Positions 53,863 through 60,045 of a DNA stretch of 60,045 nt are shown piece after piece. Position numbers and translations under genes: made by a program. Below the pieces are notes generated by a model. The model ran no database searches. It saw only the letters and a program-made list of their open reading frames with translations, and was not told the DNA's origin. Within the stretch, counting starts at the first letter, position 1, and each line of letters starts with the position of its first letter. The stretch comes from a virus (Duplodnaviria > Caudoviricetes). Location of the stretch: positions 1-60,045 of the IMG/VR virus record IMGVR_UViG_3300034196_000061; one strand, written 5' to 3'.

Positions 53863-54101
53863 GAGTCGCACGCCACCGGGCTCTGCCGCCACCCGCTGGC
53901 GAGCTCTGCCGCCGAGCGAGCATCCCCACGGTAGCCGGCCACCCAGCAATAGGCGCCCAACGATCCGGCCGGATAGGGGTTGCCGCTCCCGCTCCCGCCG
54001 AGCCCGGCCGCCCGCCCGGCCCGGTACGCGCCGGCCGCGGTCGCCTGGAGTCGCCGAGCCTCGAAACCCCGCCGGGTGTCGTACCGGTTCCGCACGGTCA
54101 C
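53859..54101 (-). CDS. Ribosome modulation factor-like small protein
   Basis: AYRAGRAAG..G...NPY......CWVAGYR pattern. Confidence 0.45.
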   Translation of the reverse strand: MTVRNRYDTRRGFEARRLQATAAGAYRAGRAAGLGGSGSGNPYPAGSLGAYCWVAGYRGDARSAAELASGWRQSPVACDS

Positions 54102-54388
54102 GACTCCCCGCCAGCGAAACGGGGGCGGAAACAATTCAGGAGTCGGCCCGTATCCGTGTCGATATTATTTACGATGCCGGAAACATCGTGGAGGAAATTC
54201 AGGTCATCGGCGGCGAGAAGAGCGGCCAAGCGAAGCCGGCACCCGTTGGCGTGAGTCGCCAGGATGGCCAGCGACAGCGCCAGCGGGTCGCACTCGATCC
54301 CGTAATCTCGATACAGGCCGATCGCCCGGCCCGTGATTGCGGCAATCGTCTCCCGCTCCTGATAGGTGGCGTCCGTGCTCATGGGCAT
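54098..54388 (-). CDS. DUF6874-like protein
   Basis: ATHANGCRLRLAALLAADD.NF.HDV.GI..NID..TG.L.NCFRPRFA. Confidence 0.75.
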   Translation of the reverse strand: MPMSTDATYQERETIAAITGRAIGLYRDYGIECDPLALSLAILATHANGCRLRLAALLAADDLNFLHDVSGIVNNIDTDTGRLLNCFRPRFAGGES

Positions 54389-54456
54389 AGTTCGTCCCCT
54401 TGGGCTGTGGTTGAGGACTCCCCGGAACCCTGCCCGGGGAGGCTTCAATCACGGCG

Positions 54457-54675
54457 CTACCAGCAACGCATGAGGTATTCCCGGGGAACGGTGCAGCGCC
54501 TGACTCCGGTGATCGACAAAGCGCGGGCCAAATCATCGTCCGGGATTTCGTAGATTCCCCTGTGCTTCGGTTGCCTGGGTGAGTCGAGCGACACAAACCA
54601 GCACGGGCGCGCCGAGCTCCGGCCAACAAGCTTTTCCCGGGCGCGGTGAGAAGCGGCCATGACGAAGGTTGCCAT
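54457..54675 (-). CDS. Hypothetical protein
   Basis: 72 aa in operon. Confidence 0.55.
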   Translation of the reverse strand: MATFVMAASHRAREKLVGRSSARPCWFVSLDSPRQPKHRGIYEIPDDDLARALSITGVRRCTVPREYLMRCW

Positions 54676-54677
54676 GG

Positions 54678-54917
54678 TCAGACCTTCGCGGGGAGGCGGT
54701 AGGAGTCCAGCCAGCGCGGGCCGTGGGTGTTGCGGAGGGTGTGCAGGATGCAACCCGTCATCTCGTCATTGCCCAGCGGGCCGCGCCACGGTCTGGCGTT
54801 ATACCAGTAGACCATGGCCAGGGTTTCCTTCCATTTCTTCCCGTGCGCGTCTGCGAAGGCTTGCACTGCGGCGACTTGCTCCGGAGTCAACTCCGGATAG
54901 GTTTCCTTGCGGGCCAT
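54678..54917 (-). CDS. Hypothetical protein
   Basis: LTPEQ.AA.QAFA..HG..WK..L...LRNTHGPRWL. Confidence 0.7.
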   Translation of the reverse strand: MARKETYPELTPEQVAAVQAFADAHGKKWKETLAMVYWYNARPWRGPLGNDEMTGCILHTLRNTHGPRWLDSYRLPAKV

Positions 54918-54919
54918 GG

Positions 54920-55135
54920 TCAAGCGAGCTCCGGATAAGAGGACTCGGCGTAGCGGGCCAGATCGCCAAGAGCCTCGGCCTTCGTCCGGTACTGCGGGCC
55001 GATCACTGCCGGGCTGGCGGGGGTTGTCCCCCCGCCATTCCAATCGAGACAGACGAACCGCCAAAGAGTCGGCGCACAACGACTCACGCCAAGGTACTTG
55101 AATCGCGTCGGGGAGTAGTCGGGCCAGTTTGCCAT
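54920..55135 (-). CDS. Hypothetical protein
   Basis: PTRFKYLG...WRFV...IGPQYRTKAEAL.DL.RYA. Confidence 0.7.
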   Translation of the reverse strand: MANWPDYSPTRFKYLGVSRCAPTLWRFVCLDWNGGGTTPASPAVIGPQYRTKAEALGDLARYAESSYPELA

Positions 55136-55137
55136 GG

Positions 55138-55341
55138 TTAGCGGGTCCACCTTACGTTTTCACCAATCGGAAGATTACGGGTGCAGTCGTTGAATCGACT
55201 GGCAAGCTTGCGCGTGAACACCCAACCGTGACGGTTTGACCAAAACTTAGTACCGCGTGGCGTGTCGCACGCAATAAACCACTTCGTTGTGCTGGCCACA
55301 GCCCTACCCCTCAACCACGCGGACGGGGCAAAGCGGGTCAC
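55138..55341 (-). CDS. Hypothetical protein
   Basis: FWSNRHGW...ASRF...NLPIG...W. Confidence 0.6.
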   Translation of the reverse strand: MTRFAPSAWLRGRAVASTTKWFIACDTPRGTKFWSNRHGWVFTRKLASRFNDCTRNLPIGENVRWTR

Positions 55342-55492
55342 GGTGGCGCATGGTTGCCGCGTGTGCCTCGGCGGACTCCTTGGTTTTGAAATCCGGGAGG
55401 ATCACCCACAACCACTTTCCATTTGCCTCCACTTCGATCCGCCACACCTTGCGTTTGTGCTGGCGTGCGGCGCTTGTAGCAGGTTTGGCCAC
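55304..55492 (-). CDS. Hypothetical protein
   Basis: AAGGA RBS, FKTKESAEAHA motif. Confidence 0.5.
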   Translation of the reverse strand: MAKPATSAARQHKRKVWRIEVEANGKWLWVILPDFKTKESAEAHAATMRHRDPLCPVRVVEG

Positions 55493-55493
55493 G

Positions 55494-55706
55494 TCAGGAT
55501 TCCTTGTTAAGAGCGTCAACGATGGCGCGGGCCAGCCTGTCAATGCCGGCGGGAGTCAGGTTGAACCGTCCGAATTCGTTGGCGGGAGCTCGCGCGATGA
55601 TCGCCAGGGGAATTCCGTTGAGGGAAAGCCGCCGGCCACCGTCCAACGTCCAAACACCGGGACGGGCAGTTGCGTCGGCTTCGTCATGCTCTGCGTTCTC
55701 TGTCAT
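55494..55706 (-). CDS. Hypothetical protein
   Basis: LTPAGIDRLARAIVDALN. Confidence 0.6.
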   Translation of the reverse strand: MTENAEHDEADATARPGVWTLDGGRRLSLNGIPLAIIARAPANEFGRFNLTPAGIDRLARAIVDALNKES

Positions 55707-55790
55707 GTCGGCTATCTTGCAGAAAGCCGGGCTTGATTGCTCGGCTTTCCGGAGGATAGCGGGGGGAGGGATTAGCTCCCCCCGGTCGCC

Positions 55791-56672
55791 CTATGCCGCG
55801 TGCTTGATCTCGGCCATCCGCTTTGCAAGGTGGTGCAGCGCTGCATTGAGTTTGATGTCTTGGTCAATGCCGTTGATCGCCCGGGATGTGACCCGGCGGC
55901 TTTGATTGTTGGCGTTGCGGGCTCGGCCGGACAAGCCGCCGCGGATGACATTCTCCTGTATCACGTTGTGCGTGGTCCAAATGTCTTGGGCATTGTCATC
56001 CCTCCGGCGGATGTCAAGCAACCGCTCCGGCCGGATTGCCTCGGCCATTGACGACTCTTCTTTGTCGCCGAACCGGAGCATGTGCGCGGCTTCCGCCATG
56101 GCCATGCGTTCGTCACGGTTGAGGGCGATCCGGGACCACTCGGCGGCTTGCGTGACAGCTTGGCGGGAGTCTTCTATGACCTCGAAAGAACCGTCGATAA
56201 CCTTGTCAACCACGTTCCCCTTGTGCGGGACTTTGACCGATCCGGTTTCTTCGTCCATGCAGACCAAGCCGTTAAGGCAGATCAAACGAAAAGTTCCGGC
56301 CATAAGCTTGTAAGCCGACGTTCCATCATGCGCGTTCACCAAAATAACTTCCGGGACCGCGACGCCCAAGCCGCCGCGCTCCATGTCCTCAATCCTGCGA
56401 AACCGCAGCATGTGCTTTGTGAATTCGGCCTTGCCGGGGGTGCGGCTTTTCCCCTGCGTCGCCTTGACCGGGAGGAAACCCTGCGCCCGCATTCCGTCCA
56501 ACACTTCAAGAGTCGGGATGTAGGCGAACCGGGCGGAACGGGACTCGTGGGCCTCCGTCGCGAACACGCTCGGCGCGTAGTGCATTATTTGGTCATTCGT
56601 CAGCGCGACCATCGCGCCGTTGCGCGGGGTGCTCAGGTTGCGGGCAAGGAAGCGGTCGGAAAACGTAGACAT
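55791..56672 (-). CDS. DUF932 (DUF945) domain protein
   Basis: APSVFA...HESRSARF.YIPT, FTKHMLRFR, PEVILVNAHDGTSAYKLMAG.FRLICLNGL, NVIQENVIRGG. Confidence 0.9.
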   Translation of the reverse strand: MSTFSDRFLARNLSTPRNGAMVALTNDQIMHYAPSVFATEAHESRSARFAYIPTLEVLDGMRAQGFLPVKATQGKSRTPGKAEFTKHMLRFRRIEDMERGGLGVAVPEVILVNAHDGTSAYKLMAGTFRLICLNGLVCMDEETGSVKVPHKGNVVDKVIDGSFEVIEDSRQAVTQAAEWSRIALNRDERMAMAEAAHMLRFGDKEESSMAEAIRPERLLDIRRRDDNAQDIWTTHNVIQENVIRGGLSGRARNANNQSRRVTSRAINGIDQDIKLNAALHHLAKRMAEIKHAA

Positions 56673-56741
56673 GGACAGCGCCTTTCGCGGCGGAGGGGTT
56701 GCGGGGTAGGCGGAAGGTCATTGACCTTGGTTAGTGAGAGG

Positions 56742-56770
56742 ATGGTATACAATGTATACCCGAATGCCAA
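56742..56770 (-). promoter_or_regulatory. Sigma70-like promoter with GTATAC-N3-GTATAC operator
   Basis: Minus strand TTGGCA-17 bp-TACCAT; GTATAC at 56745 and 56754. Confidence 0.75.
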
Positions 56771-56835
56771 TGGGGTATTTTTGTGGATCGGTATTTTTTT
56801 TGGGGAGCGGGGAGGGGTGGCGGGAGATATGGGCC

Positions 56836-56869
56836 AAAAGAAAGCCCGTAGGGTGCGCCTACGGGCTTT
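56836..56869 (-). terminator. Rho-independent terminator
   Basis: AAAGCCCGTAGG-N5-CCTACGGGCTTT stem followed by CTTTT on minus strand. Confidence 0.75.
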
Positions 56870-56897
56870 GTGGTGCGGGTGGTGGGGTGGTGCTGGT

Positions 56898-57122
56898 CTA
56901 GATGTCAGCGAAGCCCAAGGGCGCGGGGATGATCCCCTGTTGCTCTATCTGCGCCTTGCCTCGCTCGAAAGCCGCCATGCTGGGATATACCAGTTCCTGC
57001 CAGCCGGTCGCCCAGGTGTTGACCGCGAGCACTCGGCCATCTTTCAGCGTCTTGCGGAGGATCAAACGCTCCCCGTTGTCGGCCGGTTTGGTTGCCTGGT
57101 TCTTTGTTTCCGTGGTTGTCAT
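56898..57122 (-). CDS. Hypothetical protein
   Basis: 74 aa, ends before terminator. Confidence 0.6.
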   Translation of the reverse strand: MTTTETKNQATKPADNGERLILRKTLKDGRVLAVNTWATGWQELVYPSMAAFERGKAQIEQQGIIPAPLGFADI

Positions 57123-57126
57123 GTTG

Positions 57127-57477
57127 TCAGGCTTTCACTGTGGTTGTGGGATAGCTATTCACGCCAAGCTTGACTCCGGAACCCTCCGTCCCGCCCGGAC
57201 CGTCTTTCTTGCCGCTCTGCCATCGGGCCGGAGCACAGACAAGGCGATACTCGTAAAGTTGAGACGGTATCCCAAGGCTTGCCATACGGTCTTGACGTGC
57301 CATCGCTTCGCGTTCCGTGGAAAAGGTTTGGTCAGGCGGAAAATCTGTGGCCATGTCAGGGTGAACCGACAGCAACCATAAATTTCCGGTCACTGTAGGG
57401 GCGTGTTTTTCAATTATTTCATTGTCACGCCGCGCCTTGTTTACGATTGTATCTAGCTTTTGATCCGTGGTTGTCAT
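57127..57477 (-). CDS. Hypothetical protein
   Basis: GAGGA RBS, 116 aa. Confidence 0.6.
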   Translation of the reverse strand: MTTTDQKLDTIVNKARRDNEIIEKHAPTVTGNLWLLSVHPDMATDFPPDQTFSTEREAMARQDRMASLGIPSQLYEYRLVCAPARWQSGKKDGPGGTEGSGVKLGVNSYPTTTVKA

Positions 57478-57644
57478 GGGTTACGATCCTCTTTGTTGCG
57501 TGCAATCCAGCGAAGCGCGGAGTCTCTAGCGGCTGTGTCCGATGTTTCCCCATAGCCGCGCGTCAAAATTTTTCCGCTTTCGCTTTCAACTTCGAAGCAG
57601 TGATTTCTGTCGAGTGAAAACCATATCCGGAAGGTTATCGGCAC
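57474..57644 (-). CDS. Hypothetical protein, 56 aa (not in ORF track)
   Basis: AAGGA RBS, GTG start, ATGA overlap with next gene. Confidence 0.5.
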   Translation of the reverse strand: MPITFRIWFSLDRNHCFEVESESGKILTRGYGETSDTAARDSALRWIARNKEDRNP

Positions 57645-57647
57645 AGC

Positions 57648-57842
57648 TTATCCTTTCACGATTTTGCATTTCTCGATTGCGGCGCGGGCCATAGGTCCTG
57701 GATCACGATGGTTGTCCCGATGCCAGATTGTGCGATTGAATCCAGTGGCGGGGGAAACAACACGCACATACCACGGGCGACCGGACATAAACGAAACCAA
57801 AGCAACCCTTCCTTCAACATTAACAGTTTGCGTTCGGTTCAT
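57648..57842 (-). CDS. Hypothetical protein
   Basis: AAGGTG RBS; first gene after promoter. Confidence 0.6.
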   Translation of the reverse strand: MNRTQTVNVEGRVALVSFMSGRPWYVRVVSPATGFNRTIWHRDNHRDPGPMARAAIEKCKIVKG

Positions 57843-57855
57843 AAATCACCTTCGC

Positions 57856-57905
57856 CTTTACTCTGTTAGCTTCCCAAGTATACAGGGTATACTAACAGAG
57901 TAAAG
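57856..57905 (-). promoter_or_regulatory. Promoter with GTATAC-N3-GTATAC operator inside a 14-bp inverted repeat
   Basis: TTTACT-16 bp-TATACT on minus strand; CTTTACTCTGTTAG / CTAACAGAGTAAAG arms. Confidence 0.7.
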
Positions 57906-57974
57906 TAACGTTTTCGTGATCTGTGGTTTGTGCTGTTAGATTTCTCTTGACAGTGCTTGAACGTTGTTTCCGGG

Positions 57975-58184
57975 CTAAGTGACCGCTTGGGCCAGCCTGC
58001 GCCACGCGCGTTTTACCAGGGGGCCAATGCTGTGCTTGTCCCGCACAAGGTATGTGTTCGGTTGCGCTCTTGGAGTCTCGGTATCTCCCGCAAGGTCTAG
58101 CAGGCGATTCCATGCCTGCGCTCTTAGTTCGGGACTGGCGAATTCAATCCGGGACATGCGGGTCAGGAATTCAGAATCGCCCAT
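57975..58184 (-). CDS. Hypothetical protein
   Basis: GGGAG RBS before MGDSEF. Confidence 0.45.
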   Translation of the reverse strand: MGDSEFLTRMSRIEFASPELRAQAWNRLLDLAGDTETPRAQPNTYLVRDKHSIGPLVKRAWRRLAQAVT

Positions 58185-58188
58185 GGCG

Positions 58189-58617
58189 CTATACGCTCCC
58201 GCCCCACGGCGCTGCGTCGTACTCGGGGAGATTGGCGACGATCCGGCGCGCCACGTTGCCGCACATGGTATCGAGCTCCCGCCATTCGGGGGAGTCGTGC
58301 ACCGGGTCCTCACTGCATTGATACAGGAGACATTCAAGGGCCTTGTAACAGGCAATCTCATTGCGGAGCGGGATTTCGCTGCTCTGCCAAATGTAGCCGG
58401 CATGGGCTGTTAGGTCCGGAGTCTTGTGATAGCGCCCGGCAACCGCGCGTTCGTTCAATTCGAAAAGCTTCCGGCCGATTTCGTCCATAGCCTTCAGATC
58501 ATCGCCGATGGTTTGGGCGCTTTGCGCCAGCGTCACGCCCATGAACGATCGGGCGTGCTTCGCGATGATGTACACGGCGCGGTGCATGGTGGTATCGGAC
58601 ACGATGAAAGCGGACAT
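58189..58617 (-). CDS. Conserved hypothetical early protein
   Basis: MSAFIVS...IGRKL..LN..AV..RY...KAL.CL.YQCSE...LPEYDAAPWG. Confidence 0.75.
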   Translation of the reverse strand: MSAFIVSDTTMHRAVYIIAKHARSFMGVTLAQSAQTIGDDLKAMDEIGRKLFELNERAVAGRYHKTPDLTAHAGYIWQSSEIPLRNEIACYKALECLLYQCSEDPVHDSPEWRELDTMCGNVARRIVANLPEYDAAPWGGSV

Positions 58618-58620
58618 GGT

Positions 58621-59136
58621 TTAGAGTCCCTCCGCCGGTTTTGGCGCGGTATCCCGCGCGGCGTTGCGGGCGGCTTGCCAGGAGTCTTCGCCTTGGGCTT
58701 CGCGATCGGCCTTGCGCTCTTCATAGGCAAGCTTGCGCAGAGTCCATAACTCGGCGATTGCCTTGCAGGATTCGGGGACGCCAGCGCTGTAGCGGTTCAT
58801 CCAATCTTTGGTTTGCTGTGCGTCCATGTACTCGTGCAATCCGGTATGTTGGACGTGGTTGTCATCGTCCAAATACATGGCCATGCCAAACCGGCAGTAG
58901 GTGCCGGCCTTCGGCTTGTTCCAGGGGTTCCCCGCTTTCTTGGGGTTCGTGGTTTGGCTGACAAATCGGCAACCGCGCGTCAAGCTGTGCTCAATCCAAT
59001 AGCGGATGCTGCAACGGAGGCGGAACCCGTAGGGGTAATCTGCGACCGTGTAAGCCGTTTCCGGGCTTGTGTGGCCAATAAGCAGGTTGGGGGAGTCGGT
59101 TGCTTGTGCTGGCGAGTCGGTCTGTGCGTCGGACAT
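58621..59136 (-). CDS. Conserved hypothetical early protein
   Basis: GHTSPETAY.V.DYPYGFRLRC.IRYWIE...RFVSQTTNPK...WNKPKAGTY. Confidence 0.75.
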   Translation of the reverse strand: MSDAQTDSPAQATDSPNLLIGHTSPETAYTVADYPYGFRLRCSIRYWIEHSLTRGCRFVSQTTNPKKAGNPWNKPKAGTYCRFGMAMYLDDDNHVQHTGLHEYMDAQQTKDWMNRYSAGVPESCKAIAELWTLRKLAYEERKADREAQGEDSWQAARNAARDTAPKPAEGL

Positions 59137-59257
59137 GGTTTCGCCTTTCCCGGTTAGGGCCAAAAGGTTCGGGGTGGTGTGGTTGTGGTGTGGTGGTGGT
59201 GGTCGGGCCGCTCCGGAGCTCGACAGGTTGCTCCGGAGCTGGTGGTTTAGCTTTGGG

Positions 59258-59533
59258 CTAGGCTTTGTCCCGCGTGATAGCGTTGACGTAGACCCGGGCT
59301 TTCGTGGTCGGGTGGTAGCGGTGGCGGAAGGTGTGGCGGCATGTCGTGCCCGTGCGTTCGCTTCCCATGTACTGCCAGGACTCGCCACCGTGCTCTTGCC
59401 TCAGATCGGCTCCGTCGCCCAGGTTCTTGGCGCGAAGCCGGCGGGCAAACTCCGCCCATGCCGCGTGCCATTCTGGCGTTCCGTGGTCCAAGCAATATGG
59501 AACGGGATCGGGTGCTGTCGTGGTCATGTTCAA
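59258..59533 (-). CDS. Hypothetical protein
   Basis: GESWQYMGS......HTFRHRYHP. Confidence 0.7.
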   Translation of the reverse strand: MNMTTTAPDPVPYCLDHGTPEWHAAWAEFARRLRAKNLGDGADLRQEHGGESWQYMGSERTGTTCRHTFRHRYHPTTKARVYVNAITRDKA

Positions 59534-59730
59534 AACACCTTGGTGTTGAAGTGAATCGACAGGTAGAACGCGCGCAACGCAGTGAGCTCTAACAGAGCAT
59601 ACCGGATCGCTTCGGCCCGGCGCGGCTTCGCGCGTTTCTCATTGGCGAAGAGCTCGGCAAGCTTGCGGTCTATTTCTGCAACAGCCTCGCGGCGAAAGTC
59701 ATCGGCTGTTATCGAATCAGATATGACCAT
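59530..59730 (-). CDS. Hypothetical protein
   Basis: 66 aa, coupled to next gene. Confidence 0.55.
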   Translation of the reverse strand: MVISDSITADDFRREAVAEIDRKLAELFANEKRAKPRRAEAIRYALLELTALRAFYLSIHFNTKVF

Positions 59731-59785
59731 GGTTTGGCTTTCCAGATTTGCTCCCCGGTTTCCCGGGGAGCGGTTTCTGCGGGTG

Positions 59786-60045
59786 TTACTCGGCGGCTTC
59801 CGCGAGGCTTGGCACGGCGGGCGGGTACTTGACACCCCGGGCCAGTTGCTTTGCCTCTTCAGTCGAGATCAAGCGGCGGAACACTTCCTTGCCTTCGCCA
59901 ACGCTCCGCCAGTACCATTGCATTTCGCTATAGGAATATGAGCGCGGGAGATCTTCCTTCGGTTCAACGAACCACGTCGCGCCAATCGCCTTTGCGAAGG
60001 ATTGGAACACGTCGCCAGCCTCGCGGGATTCATCCTTCGCGATCT
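59786..60045 (-). CDS. C-terminal part of the gene starting at 306
   Basis: Frame is open to the window end and continues the 306..1 frame. Confidence 0.75.
   Translation of the reverse strand, partial: IAKDESREAGDVFQSFAKAIGATWFVEPKEDLPRSYSYSEMQWYWRSVGEGKEVFRRLISTEEAKQLARGVKYPPAVPSLAEAAE

Larger units (their letters stand above)
1..60045. mobile_element. Podovirus-like phage-plasmid, apparently complete
   Basis: Full packaging, capsid, tail and lysis set plus RepA/oriV; no integrase and no host housekeeping genes; ends close in frame. Confidence 0.8.

Noticed and set aside
1-60045. tRNA, rRNA, integrase/att site, transposase, protelomerase
   Set aside because: No cloverleaf, recombinase or transposase motifs recognised by eye; tRNAscan and HMM searches are needed to exclude them formally.

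Overview
The window looks like an essentially complete ~60 kb temperate podovirus-like phage genome of a high-GC host (probably Alphaproteobacteria, by inference). Its two ends join in frame through one gene with a 2-nt overlap. Layout: (i) a minus-strand early/accessory region of many small genes (47.4-60 kb, continuing over the junction to 2.2 kb); (ii) a candidate terS, then an inverted prim-pol + VapE-type helicase module; (iii) terL, two polyvalent-type effector genes sharing a duplicated leader, portal, fibre, scaffold, N4-gp56-type capsid, a methyltransferase-GT9 fusion, adaptor, nozzle, tail fibre, ejection proteins and lysis genes; (iv) a plasmid replicon (DnaA boxes, IHF site, iterons, IncW/pBBR1-type RepA) next to an RHH gene embedded in phased ATCCG repeats; (v) DNA methyltransferase, RecT-like, Gp157-like and VRR-NUC genes. 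No integrase, ParA, tRNA or CRISPR array was recognised, so the element is most likely a phage-plasmid. The strongest leads are the ParA-less candidate segregation locus, a GTATAC-N3-GTATAC operator regulon, the shared-leader effector cassette, the MTase-glycosyltransferase in the virion operon, and a micropeptide-hairpin-HTH cassette. All family calls come from motif recognition by eye; no database searches were run.
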